DNA of 64,000 nt from positions 10,516,651 to 10,580,650 of the forward strand of contig CM120647.1 in the NCBI GenBank assembly GCA_051362555.1, read 5' to 3'. The notes under the pieces were generated by a model, which made no database searches, was not told the origin of the DNA, and saw nothing but the letters and a program-made list of their open reading frames with translations. The translations under genes and the position numbers were made by a program. Below, piece after piece: positions 37,101-52,000 of this stretch (position 1 is the first letter of the stretch; each line of letters starts with the position of its first letter). The DNA is from Lingula anatina. Its lineage: Eukaryota > Animalia > Brachiopoda.

Positions 37101-40100
37101 CACCCCCCCTCTCTCCAAATCCTGTTCTCAGGTGTGCTTTCTGGCAATCTTTAAAGCTGAAATTGGGGGCTTTAATGAAGTGACCCGGGCGCGTTTCCAC
37201 ATTTTTTATGAATGTCAGGTGTGGTAAATTAATTTTCATCACTTTTTGGAAAAATTGGTGACGGGTCATTTTTGGGTGATTTTGAGAGATTTTCGTAAGG
37301 TCCGGATATGGCAGTTTTCTTCAATTTTGGCCAGGTAGGGATGAAAAATTTTTTTCTTCAATATTGTGTCAGGTAGGTGTGTTTGGTCATTTGTAGTGAG
37401 GGTAAAGTGCTGGAAGAGTGATTGTGTCATTATTTAGGAAGAAATAGAGCAAAAACTCTCTCCACCCCCCCTCTCTCCAAATCCTGTTCTCAGGTGTGCT
37501 TTCTGGCAATCTTTAAAGCTGAAATTGGGGGCTTTAATGAAGTGACCCGGGCGCGTTTCCACATTTTTTATGAATGTCAGGTGTGGTAAATTAATTTTCA
37601 TCACTTTTTGGAAAAATTGGTGACGGGTCATTTTTGGGTGATTTTGAGAGATTTTCGTAAGGTCCGGATATGGCAGTTTTCTTCAATTTTGGCCAGGTAG
37701 GGATGAAAAATTTTTTTCTTCAATATTGTGTCAGGTAGGTGTGTTTGGTCATTTGTAGTGAGGGTAAAGTGCTGGAAGAGTGATTGTGTCATTATTTAGG
37801 AAGAAATAGAGCAAAAACTCTCTCCACCCCCCCTCTCTCCAAATCCTGTTCTCAGGTGTGCTTTCTGGCAATCTTTAAAGCTGAAATTGGGGGCTTTAAT
37901 GAAGTGACCCGGGCGCGTTTCCACATTTTTTATGAATGTCAGGTGTGGTAAATTAATTTTCATCACTTTTTGGAAAAATTGGTGACGGGTCATTTTTGGG
38001 TGATTTTGAGAGATTTTCGTAAGGTCCGGATATGGCAGTTTTCTTCAATTTTGGCCAGGTAGGGATGAAAAATTTTTTTCTTCAATATTGTGTCAGGTAG
38101 GTGTGTTTGGTCATTTGTAGTGAGGGTAAAGTGCTGGAAGAGTGATTGTGTCATTATTTAGGAAGAAATAGAGCAAAAACTCTCTCCACCCCCCCTCTCT
38201 CCAAATCCTGTTCTCGGGTGTGCTTTCTGGCAATCTTTAAAGCTGAAATTGGGGGCTTTAATGAAGTGACCCGGGCGCGTTTCCACATTTTTTATGAATG
38301 TCAGGTGTGGTAAATTAATTTTCATCACTTTTTGGAAAAATTGGTGACGGGTCATTTTTGGGTGATTTTGAGAGATTTTCGTAAGGTCCGGATATGGCAG
38401 TTTTCTTCAATTTTGGCCAGGTAGGGATGAAAAATTTTTTTCTTCAATATTGTGTCAGGTAGGTGTGTTTGGTCATTTGTAGTGAGGGTAAAGTGCTGGA
38501 AGAGTGATTGTGTCATTATTTAGGAAGAAATAGAGCAAAAACTCTCTCCACCCCCCCTCTCTCCAAATCCTGTTCTCAGGTGTGCTTTCTGGCAATCTTT
38601 AAAGCTGAAATTGGGGGCTTTAATGAAGTGACCCGTGCGCGTTTCCACATTTTTTATGAATGTCAGGTGTGGTAAATTAATTTTCATCACTTTTTGGAAA
38701 AATTGGTGACGGGTCATTTTTGGGTGATTTTGAGAGATTTTCGTAAGGTCCGGATATGGCAGTTTTCTTCAATTTTGGCCAGGTAGGGATGAAAAATTTT
38801 TTTCTTCAATATTGTGTCAGGTAGGTGTGTTTGGTCATTTGTAGTGAGGGTAAAGTGCTGGAAGAGTGATTGTGTCATTATTTAGGAAGAAATAGAGCAA
38901 AAACTCTCTCCACCCCCCCTCTCTCCAAATCCTGTTCTCAGGTGTGCTTTCTGGCAATCTTTAAAGCTGAAATTGGGGGCTTTAATGAAGTGACCCGGGC
39001 GCGTTTCCACATTTTTTATGAATGTCAGGTGTGGTAAATTAATTTCCATCACTTTTTGGAAAAATTGGTGACGGGTCATTTTTGGGTGATTTTGAGAGAT
39101 TTTCGTAAGGTCCGGATATGGCAGTTTTCTTCAATTTTGGCCAGGTAGGGATGAAAAATTTTTTTCTTCAATATTGTGTCAGGTAGGTGTGTTTGGTCAT
39201 TTGTAGTGAGGGTAAAGTGCTGGAAGAGTGATTGTGTCATTATTTAGGAAGAAATAGAGCAAAAACTCTCTCCACCCCCCCTCTCTCCAAATCCTGTTCT
39301 CAGGTGTGCTTTCTGGCAATCTTTAAAGCTGAAATTGGGGGCTTTAATGAAGTGACCCGGGCGCGTTTCCACATTTTTTATGAATGTCAGGTGTGGTAAA
39401 TTAATTTTCATCACTTTTAGGAAAAATTGGTGACGGGTCATTTTTGGGTGATTTTGAGAGATTTTCGTAAGGTCCGGATATGGCAGTTTTCTTCAATTTT
39501 GGCCAGGTAGGGATGAAAAATTTTTTTCTTCAATATTGTGTCAGGTAGGTGTGTTTGGTCATTTGTAGTGAGGGTAAAGTGCTGGAAGAGTGATTGTGTC
39601 ATTATTTAGGAAGAAATAGAGCAAAAACTCTCTCCACCCCCCCCTCTCTCCAAATCCTGTTCTCAGGTGTGCTTTCTGGCAATCTTTAAAGCTGAAATTG
39701 GGGGCTTTAATGAAGTGACCCGGGCGCGTTTCCACATTTTTTATGAATGTCAGGTGTGGTAAATTAATTTTCATCACTTTTTGGAAAAATTGGTGACGGG
39801 TCATTTTTGGGTGATTTTGAGAGATTTTCGTAAGGTCCGGATATGGCAGTTTTCTTCAATTTTGGCCAGGTAGGGATGAAAAATTTTTTTCTTCAATATT
39901 GTGTCAGGTAGGTGTGTTTGGTCATTTGTAGTGAGGGTAAAGTGCTGGAAGAGTGATTGTGTCATTATTTAGGAAGAAATAGAGCAAAAACTCTCTCCAC
40001 CCCCCCTCTCTCCAAATCCTGTTCTCAGGTGTGCTTTCTGGCAATCTTTAAAGCTGAAATTGGGGGCTTTAATGAAGTGACCCGGGCGCGTTTCCACATT

Positions 40101-43100
40101 TTTTATGAATGTCAGGTGTGGTAAATTAATTTTCATCACTTTTTGGAAAAATTGGTGACGGGTCATTTTTGGGTGATTTTGAGAGATTTTCGTAAGGTCC
40201 GGATATGGCAGTTTTCTTCAATTTTGGCCAGGTAGGGATGAAAAATTTTTTTCTTCAATATTGTGTCAGGTAGGTGTGTTTGGTCATTTGTAGTGAGGGT
40301 AAAGTGCTGGAAGAGTGATTGTGTCATTATTTAGGAAGAAATAGAGCAAAAACTCTCTCCACCCCCCCTCTCTCCAAATCCTGTTCTCAGGTGTGCTTTC
40401 TGGCAATCTTTAAAGCTGAAATTGGGGGCTTTAATGAAGTGACCCGGGCGCGTTTCCACATTTTTTATGAATGTCAGGTGTGGTAAATTAATTTTCATCA
40501 CTTTTTGGAAAAATTGGTGACGGGTCATTTTTGGGTGATTTTGAGAGATTTTCGTAAGGTCCGGATATGGCAGTTTTCTTCAATTTTGGCCAGGTAGGGA
40601 TGAAAAATTTTTTTCTTCAATATTGTGTCAGGTAGGTGTGTTTGGTCATTTGTAGTGAGGGTAAAGTGCTGGAAGAGTGATTGTGTCATTATTTAGGAAG
40701 AAATAGAGCAAAAACTCTCTCCACCCCCCCTCTCTCCAAATCCTGTTCTCAGGTGTGCTTTCTGGCAATCTTTAAAGCTGAAATTGGGGGCTTTAATGAA
40801 GTGACCCGGGCGCGTTTCCACATTTTTTATGAATGTCAGGTGTGGTAAATTAATTTTCATCACTTTTTGGAAAAAATTGGTGACGGGTCATTTTTGGGTG
40901 ATTTTGAGAGATTTTCGTAAGGTCCGGATATGGCAGTTTTCTTCAATTTTGGCCAGGTAGGGATGAAAAATTTTTTTCTTCAATATTGTGTCAGGTAGGT
41001 GTGTTTGGTCATTTGTAGTGAGGGTAAAGTGCTGGAAGAGTGATTGTGTCATTATTTAGGAAGAAATAGAGCAAAAACTCTCTCCACCCCCCTCTCTCCA
41101 AATCCTGTTCTCAGGTGTGCTTTCTGGCAATCTTTAAAGCTGAAATTGGGGGCTTTAATGAAGTGACCCGGGCGCGTTTCCACATTTTTTATGAATGTCA
41201 GGTGTGGTAAATTAATTTCCATCACTTTTTGGAAAAATTGGTGACGGGTCATTTTTGGGTGATTTTGAGAGATTTTCGTAAGGTCCGGATATGGCAGTTT
41301 TCTTCAATTTTGGCCAGGTAGGGATGAAAAATTTTTTTCTTCAATATTGTGTCAGGTAGGTGTGTTTGGTCATTTGTAGTGAGGGTAAAGTGCTGGAAGA
41401 GTGATTGTGTCATTATTTAGGAAGAAATAGAGCAAAAACTCTCTCCACCCCCCCTCTCTCCAAATCCTGTTCTCAGGTGTGCTTTCTGGCAATCTTTAAA
41501 GCTGAAATTGGGGGCTTTAATGAAGTGACCCGGGCGCGTTTCCACATTTTTTATGAATGTCAGGTGTGGTAAATTAATTTTCATCACTTTTTGGAAAAAT
41601 TGGTGACGGGTCATTTTTGGGTGATTTTGAGAGATTTTCGTAAGGTTCGGATATGGCAGTTTTCTTCAATTTTGGCCAGGTAGGGATGAAAATTTTTTTT
41701 CTTCAATATTGTGTCAGGTAGGTGTGTTTGGTCATTTGTAGTGAGGGTAAAGTGCTGGAAGAGTGATTGTGTCATTATTTAGGAAGAAATAGAGCAAAAA
41801 CTCTCTCCACCCCCCCTCTCTCCAAATCCTGTTCTCAGGTGTGCTTTCTGGCAATCTTTAAAGCTGAAATTGGGGGCTTTAATGAAGTGACCCGGGCGCG
41901 TTTCCACATTTTTTATGAATGTCAGGTGTGGTAAATTAATTTTCATCACTTTTTGGAAAAATTGGTGACGGGTCATTTTTGGGTGATTTTGAGAGATTTT
42001 CGTAAGGTCCGGATATGGCAGTTTTCTTCAATTTTGGCCAGGTAGGGATGAAAAATTTTTTTCTTCAATATTGTGTCAGGTAGGTGTGTTTGGTCATTTG
42101 TAGTGAGGGTAAAGTGCTGGAAGAGTGATTGTGTCATTATTTAGGAAGAAATGGAGCAAAAACTCTCTCCACCCCCCCTCTCTCCAAATCCTGTTCTCAG
42201 GTGTGCTTTCTGGCAATCTTTAAAGCTGAAATTGGGGGCTTTAATGAAGTGACCCGGGCGCGTTTCCACATTTTTTATGAATGTCAGGTGTGGTAAATTA
42301 ATTTTCATCACTTTTTGGAAAAATTTGTGACGGGTCATTTTTGGGTGATTTTGAGAGATTTTCGTAAGGTCCGGATATGGCAGTTTTCTTCAATTTTGGC
42401 CAGGTAGGGATGAAAAATTTTTTTCTTCAATATTGTGTCAGGTAGGTGTGTTTGGTCATTTGTAGTGAGGGTAAAGTGCTGGAAGAGTGATTGTGTCATT
42501 ATTTAGGAAGAAATAGAGCAAAAACTCTCTCCACCCCCCCTCTCTCCAAATCCTGTTCTCAGGTGTGCTTTCTGGCAATCTTTAAAGCTGAAATTGGGGG
42601 CTTTAATGAAGTGACCCGGGCGCGTTTCCACATTTTTTATGAATGTCAGGTGTGGTAAATTAATTTTCATCACTTTTTGGAAAAATTGGTGACGGGTCAT
42701 TTTTGGGTGATTTTGAGAGATTTTCGTAAGGTCCGGATATGGCAGTTTTCTTCAATTTTGGCCAGGTAGGGATGAAAAATTTTTTTCTTCAATATTGTGT
42801 CAGGTAGGTGTGTTTGGTCATTTGTAGTGAGGGTAAAGTGCTGGAAGAGTGATTGTGTCATTATTTAGGAAGAAATAGAGCAAAAACTCTCTCCACCCCC
42901 CCTCTCTCCAAATCCTGTCCTCAGGTGTGCTTTCTGGCAATCTTTAAAACTGAAATTGGGGGCTTTAATGAAGTGACCCGGGCGCGTTTCCACATTTTTT
43001 ATGAATGTCAGGTGTGGTAAATTAATTTTCATCACTTTTTGGAAAAATTGGTGACAGGTCATTTTTGGGTGATTTTGAGAGATTTTCGTAAGGTCCGGAT

Positions 43101-44371
43101 ATGGCAGTTTTCTTCAATTTTGGCCAGGTAGGGATGAAAAATTTTTTTCTTCAATATTGTGTCAGGTAGGTGTGTTTGGTCATTTGTAGTGAGGGTAAAG
43201 TGCTGGAAGAGTGATTGTGTCATTATTTAGGAAGAAATAGAGCAAAAACTCTCTCCACCCCCCCTCTCTCCAAATCCTGTTCTCAGGTGTGCTTTCTGGC
43301 AATCTTTAAAGCTGAAATTGGGGGCTTTAATGAAGTGACCCGGGCGCGTTTCCACATTTTTTATGAATGTCAGGTGTGGTAAATTAATTTTCATCACTTT
43401 TTGGAAAAATTGGTGACGGGTCATTTTTGGGTGATTTTGAGAGATTTTCGTAAGGTCCGGATATGGCAGTTTTCTTCAATTTTGGCCAGGTAGGGATGAA
43501 AAATTTTTTTCTTCAATATTGTGTCAGGTAGGTGTGTTTGGTCATTTGTAGTGAGGGTAAAGTGCTGGAAGAGTGATTGTGTCATTATTTAGGAAGAAAT
43601 AGAGCAAAAACTCTCTCCACCCCCCTCTCTCCAAATCCTGTTCTCAGGTGTGCTTTCTGGCAATCTTTAAAGCTGAAATTGGGGGCTTTAATGAAGTGAC
43701 CCGGGCGCGTTTCCACATTTTTTATGAATGTCAGGTGTGGTAAATTAATTTTCATCACTTTTTGGAAAAATTGGTGACGGGTCATTTTTGGGTGATTTTG
43801 AGAGATTTTCGTAAGGTCCGGATATGGCAGTTTTCTTCAATTTTGGCCAGGTAGGGATGAAAAATTTTTTTCTTCAATATTGTGTCAGGTAGGTGTGTTT
43901 GGTCATTTGTAGTGAGGGTAAAGTGCTGGAAGAGTGATTGTGTCATTATTTAGGAAGAAATAGAGCAAAAACTCTCTACACCCCCCCTCTCTCCAAATCC
44001 TGTTCTCAGGTGTGCTTTCTGGCAATCTTTAAAGCTGAAATTGGAGGCTTTAATGAAGTGACCCGGGCGCGTTTCCACATTTTTTATGAATGTCAGGTGT
44101 GGTAAATTAATTTTCATCACTTTTTGGAAAAATTGGTGACGGGTCATTTTTGGGTGATTTTGAGAGATTTTCGTAAGGTCCGGATATGGCAGTTTTCTTC
44201 AATTTTGGCCAGGTAGGGATGAAAAATTTTTTTCTTCAATATTGTGTCAGGTAGGTGTGTTTGGTCATTTGTAGTGAGGGTAAAGTGCTGGAAGAGTGAT
44301 TGTGTCATTATTTAGGAAGAAATAGAGCAAAAACTCTCTCCACCCCCCCTCTCTCCAAATCCTGTTCTCAG

Positions 44372-47300
44372 ATGTGCTTTCTGGCAATCTTTAAAGCTGA
44401 AATTGGGGGCTTTAATGAAGTGACCCGGGCGCGTTTCCACATTTTTTATGAATGTCAGGTGTGGTAAATTAATTTTCATCACTTTTTGGAAAAATTGGTG
44501 ACGGGTCATTTTTGGGTGATTTTGAGAGATTTTCGTAAGGTCCGGATATGGCAGTTTTCTTCAATTTTGGCCAGGTAGGGATGAAAAATTTTTTTCTTCA
44601 ATATTGTGTCAGGTAGGTGTGTTTGGTCATTTGTAGTGAGGGTAAAGTGCTGGAAGAGTGATTGTGTCATTATTTAGGAAGAAATAGAGCAAAAACTCTC
44701 TCCACCCCCCCTCTCTCCAAATCCTGTTCTCAGGTGTGCTTTCTGGCAATCTTTAAAGCTGAAATTGGGGGCTTTAATGAAGTGACCCGGGCGCGTTTCC
44801 ACATTTTTTATGAATGTCAGGTGTGGTAAATTAATTTTCATCACTTTTTGGAAAAATTGGTGACGGGTCATTTTTGGGTGATTTTGAGAGATTTTCGTAA
44901 GGTCCGGATATGGCAGTTTTCTTCAATTTTGGCCAGGTAGGGATGAAAAATTTTTTTCTTCAATATTGTGTCAGGTAGGTGTGTTTGGTCATTTGTAGTG
45001 AGGGTAAAGTGCTGGAAGAGTGATTGTGTCATTATTTAGGAAGAAATAGAGCAAAAACTCTCTCCACCCCCCCTCTCTCCAAATCCTGTTCTCAGATGTG
45101 CTTTCTGGCAATCTTTAAAGCTGAAATTGGGGGCTTTAATGAAGTGACCCGGGCGCGTTTCCACATTTTTTATGAATGTCAGGTGTGGTAAATTAATTTT
45201 CATCACTTTTTGGAAAAATTGGTGACGGGTCATTTTTGGGTGATTTTGAGAGATTTTCGTAAGGTCCGGATATGGCAGTTTTCTTCAATTTTGGCCAGGT
45301 AGGGATGAAAAATTTTTTTCTTCAATATTGTGTCAGGTAGGTGTGTTTGGTCATTTGTAGTGAGGGTAAAGTGCTGGAAGAGTGATTGTGTCATTATTTA
45401 GGAAGAAATAGAGCAAAAACTCTCTCCACCCCCCCTCTCTCCAAATCCTGTTCTCAGGTGTGCTTTCTGGCAATCTTTAAAGCTGAAATTGGGGGCTTTA
45501 ATGAAGTGACCCGGGCGCGTTTCCACATTTTTTATGAATGTCAGGTGTGGTAAATTAATTTTCATCACTTTTTGGAAAAATTGGTGACGGGTCATTTTTG
45601 GGTGATTTTGAGAGATTTTCGTAAGGTCCGGATATGGCAGTTTTCTTCAATTTTGGCCAGGTAGGGATGAAAAATTTTTTTCTTCAATATTGTGTCAGGT
45701 AGGTGTGTTTGGTCATTTGTAGTGAGGGTAAAGTGCTGGAAGAGTGATTGTGTCATTATTTAGGAAGAAATAGAGCAAAAACTCTCTCCACCCCCCCTCT
45801 CTCCAAATCCTGTTCTCAGATGTGCTTTCTGGCAATCTTTAAAGCTGAAATTGGGGGCTTTAATGAAGTGACCCGGGCGCGTTTCCACATTTTTTATGAA
45901 TGTCAGGTGTGGTAAATTAATTTTCATCACTTTTTGGAAAAATTGGTGACGGGTCATTTTTGGGTGATTTTGAGAGATTTTCGTAAGGTCCGGATATGGC
46001 AGTTTTCTTCAATTTTGGCCAGGTAGGGATGAAAAATTTTTTTCTTCAATATTGTGTCAGGTAGGTGTGTTTGGTCATTTGTAGTGAGGGTAAAGTGCTG
46101 GAAGAGTGATTGTGTCATTATTTAGGAAGAAATAGAGCAAAAACTCTCTCCACCCCCCCTCTCTCCAAATCCTGTTCTCAGGTGTGCTTTCTGGCAATCT
46201 TTAAAGCTGAAATTGGGGGCTTTAATGAAGTGACCCGGGCGCGTTTCCACATTTTTTATGAATGTCAGGTGTGGTAAATTAATTTTCATCACTTTTTGGA
46301 AAAATTGGTGACGGGTCATTTTTGGGTGATTTTGAGAGATTTTCGTAAGGTCCGGATATGGCAGTTTTCTTCAATTTTGGCCAGGTAGGGATGAAAAATT
46401 TTTTTCTTCAATATTGTGTCAGGTAGGTGTGTTTGGTCATTTGTAGTGAGGGTAAAGTGCTGGAAGAGTGATTGTGTCATTATTTAGGAAGAAATAGAGC
46501 AAAAACTCTCTCCACCCCCCCTCTCTCCAAATCCTGTTCTCAGGTGTGCTTTCTGGCAATCTTTAAAGCTGAAATTGGGGGCTTTAATGAAGTGACCCGG
46601 GCGCGTTTCCACATTTTTTATGAATGTCAGGTGTGGTAAATTAATTTTCATCACTTTTTGGAAAAATTGGTGACGGGTCATTTTTGGGTGATTTTGAGAG
46701 ATTTTCGTAAGGTCCGGATATGGCAGTTTTCTTCAATTTTGGCCAGGTAGGGATGAAAAATTTTTTTCTTCAATATTGTGTCAGGTAGGTGTGTTTGGTC
46801 ATTTGTAGTGAGGGTAAAGTGCTGGAAGAGTGATTGTGTCATTATTTAGGAAGAAATAGAGCAAAAACTCTCTCCACCCCCCCTCTCTCCAAATCCTGTT
46901 CTCAGATGTGCTTTCTGGCAATCTTTAAAGCTGAAATTGGGGGCTTTAATGAAGTGACCCGGGCGCGTTTCCACATTTTTTATGAATGTCAGGTGTGGTA
47001 AATTAATTTTCATCACTTTTTGGAAAAATTGGTGACGGGTCATTTTTGGGTGATTTTGAGAGATTTTCGTAAGGTCCGGATATGGCAGTTTTCTTCAATT
47101 TTGGCCAGGTAGGGATGAAAAATTTTTTTCTTCAATATTGTGTCAGGTAGGTGTGTTTGGTCATTTGTAGTGAGGGTAAAGTGCTGGAAGAGTGATTGTG
47201 TCATTATTTAGGAAGAAATAGAGCAAAAACTCTCTCCACCCCCCCTCTCTCCAAATCCTGTTCTCAGGTGTGCTTTCTGGCAATCTTTAAAGCTGAAATT

Positions 47301-49078
47301 GGGGGCTTTAATGAAGTGACCCGGGCGCGTTTCCACATTTTTTATGAATGTCAGGTGTGGTAAATTAATTTTCATCACTTTTTGGAAAAATTGGTGACGG
47401 GTCATTTTTGGGTGATTTTGAGAGATTTTCGTAAGTTCCGGATATGGCAGTTTTCTTCAATTTTGGCCAGGTAGGGATGAAAAATTTTTTTCTTCAATAT
47501 TGTGTCAGGTAGGTGTGTTTGGTCATTTGTAGTGAGGGTAAAGTGCTGGAAGAGTGATTGTGTCATTATTTAGGAAGAAATAGAGCAAAAACTCTCTCCA
47601 CCCCCCCTCTCTCCAAATCCTGTTCTCAGGTGTGCTTTCTGGCAATCTTTAAAGCTGAAATTGGGGGCTTTAATGAAGTGACCCGGGCGCGTTTCCACAT
47701 TTTTTATGAATGTCAGGTGTGGTAAATTAATTTTCATCACTTTTTGGAAAAATTGGTGACGGGTCATTTTTGGGTGATTTTGAGAGATTTTCGTAAGGTC
47801 CGGATATGGCAGTTTTCTTCAATTTTGGCCAGGTAGGGATGAAAAATTTTTTTCTTCAATATTGTGTCAGGTAGGTGTTTTTGGTCATTTGTAGTGAGGG
47901 TAAAGTGCTGGAAGAGTGATTGTGTCATTATTTAGGAAGAAATAGAGCAAAAACTCTCTCCACCCCCCCTCTCTCCAAATCCTGTTCTCAGATGTGCTTT
48001 CTGGCAATCTTTAAAGCTGAAATTGGGGGCTTTAATGAAGTGACCCAGGCGCGTTTCCACATTTTTTATGAATGTCAGGTGTGGTAAATTAATTTTCATC
48101 ACTTTTTGGAAAAATTGGTGACGGGTCATTTTTGGGTGATTTTGAGAGATTTTCGTAAGGTCCGGATATGGCAGTTTTCTTCAATTTTGGCCAGGTAGGG
48201 ATGAAAAATTTTTTTCTTCAATATTGTGTCAGGTAGGTGTGTTTGGTCATTTGTAGTGAGGGTAAAGTGCTGGAAGAGTGATTGTGTCATTATTTAGGAA
48301 GAAATAGAGCAAAAACTCTCTCCACCCCCCCTCTCTCCAAATCCTGTTCTCAGGTGTGCTTTCTGGCAATCTTTAAAGCTGAAATTGGGGGCTTTAATGA
48401 AGTGACCCGGGCGCGTTTCCACATTTTTTATGAATGTCAGGTGTGGTAAATTAATTTTCATCACTTTTTGGAAAAATTGGTGACGGGTCATTTTTGGGTG
48501 ATTTTGAGAGATTTTCGTAAGGTCCGGATATGGCAGTTTTCTTCAATTTTGGCCAGGTAGGGATGAAAAATTTTTTTCTTCAATATTGTGTCAGGTAGGT
48601 GTGTTTGGTCATTTGTAGTGAGGGTAAAGTGCTGGAAGAGTGATTGTGTCATTATTTAGGAAGAAATAGAGCAAAAACTCTCTCCACCCCCCCTCTCTCC
48701 AAATCCTGTTCTCAGGTGTGCTTTCTGGCAATCTTTAAAGCTGAAATTGGGGGCTTTAATGAAGTGACCCGGGCGCGTTTCCACATTTTTTATGAATGTC
48801 AGGTGTGGTAAATTAATTTTCATCACTTTTTGGAAAAATTGGTGACGGGTCATTTTTGGGTGATTTTGAGAGATTTTCGTAAGGTCCGGATATGGCAGTT
48901 TTCTTCAATTTTGGCCAGGTAGGGATGAAAAATTTTTTTCTTCAATATTGTGTCAGGTAGGTGTGTTTGGTCATTTGTAGTGAGGGTAAAGTGCTGGAAG
49001 AGTGATTGTGTCATTATTTAGGAAGAAATAGAGCAAAAACTCTCTCCACCCCCCCTCTCTCCAAATCCTGTTCTCAGA
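44372..49078 (+). repeat. Incipient higher-order repeat (2-mer then 3-mer period) marked by ctcagAtgtg
   Basis: G>A marker at 44372, 45096, 45820, 46906, 47992 and 49078. Spacings are 724, 724, 1086, 1086, 1086. Confidence 0.88.
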
Positions 49079-52000
49079 TGTGCTTTCTGGCAATCTTTAA
49101 AGCTGAAATTGGGGGCTTTAATGAAGTGACCCGGGCGCGTTTCCACATTTTTTATGAATGTCAGGTGTGGTAAATTAATTTTCATCACTTTTTGGAAAAA
49201 TTGGTGACGGGTCATTTTTGGGTGATTTTGAGAGATTTTCGTAAGGTCCGGATATGGCAGTTTTCTTCAATTTTGGCCAGGTAGGGATGAAAAATTTTTT
49301 TCTTCAATATTGTGTCAGGTAGGTGTGTTTGGTCATTTGTAGTGAGGGTAAAGTGCTGGAAGAGTGATTGTGTCATTATTTAGGAAGAAATAGAGCAAAA
49401 ACTCTCTCCACCCCCCCTCTCTCCAAATCCTGTTCTCAGGTGTGCTTTCTGGCAATCTTTAAAGCTGAAATTGGGGGCTTTAATGAAGTGACCCGGGCGC
49501 GTTTCCACATTTTTTATGAATGTCAGGTGTGGTAAATTAATTTTCATCACTTTTTGGAAAAATTGGTGACGGGTCATTTTTGGGTGATTTTGAGAGATTT
49601 TCGTAAGGTCCGGATATGGCAGTTTTCTTCAATTTTGGCCAGGTAGGGATGAAAAATTTTTTTCTTCAATATTGTGTCAGGTAGGTGTGTTTGGTCATTT
49701 GTAGTGAGGGTAAAGTGCTGGAAGAGTGATTGTGTCATTATTTAGGAAGAAATAGAGCAAAAACTCTCTCCACCCCCCCTCTCTCCAAATCCTGTTCTCA
49801 GGTGTGCTTTCTGGCAATCTTTAAAGCTGAAATTGGGGGCTTTAATGAAGTGACCCGGGCGCGTTTCCACATTTTTTATGAATGTCAGGTGTGGTAAATT
49901 AATTTTCATCACTTTTTGGAAAAATTGGTGACGGGTCATTTTTGGGTGATTTTGAGAGATTTTCGTAAGGTCCGGATATGGCAGTTTTCTTCAATTTTGG
50001 CCAGGTAGGGATGAAAAATTTTTTTCTTCAATATTGTGTCAGGTAGGTGTGTTTGGTCATTTGTAGTGAGGGTAAAGTGCTGGAAGAGTGATTGTGTCAT
50101 TATTTAGGAAGAAATAGAGCAAAAACTCTCTCCACCCCCCCTCTCTCCAAATCCTGTTCTCAGGTGTGCTTTCTGGCAATCTTTAAAGCTGAAATTGGGG
50201 GCTTTAATGAAGTGACCCGGGCGCGTTTCCACATTTTTTATGAATGTCAGGTGTGGTAAATTAATTTTCATCACTTTTTGGAAAAATTGGTGACGGGTCA
50301 TTTTTGGGTGATTTTGAGAGATTTTCGTAAGGTCCGGATATGGCAGTTTTCTTCAATTTTGGCCAGGTAGGGATGAAAAATTTTTTTCTTCAATATTGTG
50401 TCAGGTAGGTGTGTTTGGTCATTTGTAGTGAGGGTAAAGTGCTGGAAGAGTGATTGTGTCATTATTTAGGAAGAAATAGAGCAAAAACTCTCTCCACCCC
50501 CCCTCTCTCCAAATCCTGTTCTCAGGTGTGCTTTCTGGCAATCTTTAAAGCTGAAATTGGGGGCTTTAATGAAGTGACCCGGGCGCGTTTCCACATTTTT
50601 TATGAATGTCAGGTGTGGTAAATTAATTTTCATCACTTTTTGGAAAAATTGGTGACGGGTCATTTTTGGGTGATTTTGAGAGATTTTCGTAAGGTCCGGA
50701 TATGGCAGTTTTCTTCAATTTTGGCCAGGTAGGGATGAAAAATTTTTTTCTTCAATATTGTGTCAGGTAGGTGTGTTTGGTCATTTGTAGTGAGGGTAAA
50801 GTGCTGGAAGAGTGATTGTGTCATTATTTAGGAAGAAATAGAGCAAAAACTCTCTCCACCCCCCCTCTCTCCAAATCCTGTTCTCAGGTGTGCTTTCTGG
50901 CAATCTTTAAAGCTGAAATTGGGGGCTTTAATGAAGTGACCCAGGCGCGTTTCCACATTTTTTATGAATGTCAGGTGTGGTAAATTAATTTTCATCACTT
51001 TTTGGAAAAATTGGTGACGGGTCATTTTTGGGTGATTTTGAGAGATTTTCGTAAGGTCCAGATATGGCAGTTTTCTTCAATTTTGGCCAGGTAGGGATGA
51101 AAAATTTTTTTCTTCAATATTGTGTCAGGTAGGTGTGTTTGGTCATTTGTAGTGAGGGTAAAGTGCTGGAAGAGTGATTGTGTCATTATTTAGGAAGAAA
51201 TAGAGCAAAAACTCTCTCCACCCCCCCTCTCTCCAAATCCTGTTCTCAGGTGTGCTTTCTGGCAATCTTTAAAGCTGAAATTGGGGGCTTTAATGAAGTG
51301 ACCCGGGCGCGTTTCCACATTTTTTATGAATGTCAGGTGTGGTAAATTAATTTTCATCACTTTTTAGAAAAATTGGTGACGGGTCATTTTTGGGTGATTT
51401 TGAGAGATTTTCGTAAGGTCCGGATATGGCAGTTTTCTTCAATTTTGGCCAGGAAGGGATGAAAAATTTTTTTCTTCAATATTGTGTCAGGTAGGTGTGT
51501 TCGGTCATTTGTAGTGAGGGTAAAGTGCTGGAAGAGTGATTGTGTCATTATTTAGGAAGAAATAGAGCAAAAACTCTCTCCACCCCCCCTCTCTCCAAAT
51601 CCTGTTCTCAGGTGTGCTTTCTGGCAATCTTTAAAGCTGAAATTGGGGGCTTTAATGAAGTGACCCGGGCGCGTTTCCACATTTTTTATGAATGTCAGGT
51701 GTGGTAAATTAATTTTCATCACTTTTTGGAAAAATTGGTGACGGGTCATTTTTGGGTGATTTTGAGAGATTTTCGTAAGGTCCGGATATGGCAGTTTTCT
51801 TCAATTTTGGCCAGGTAGGGATGAAAAATTTTTTTCTTCAATATTGTGTCAGGTAGGTGTGTTTGGTCATTTGTAGTGAGGGTAAAGTGCTGGAAGAGTG
51901 ATTGTGTCATTATTTAGGAAGAAATAGAGCAAAAACTCTCTTCACCCCCCCTCTCTCCAAATCCTGTTCTCAGGTGTGCTTTCTGGCAATCTTTAAAGCT

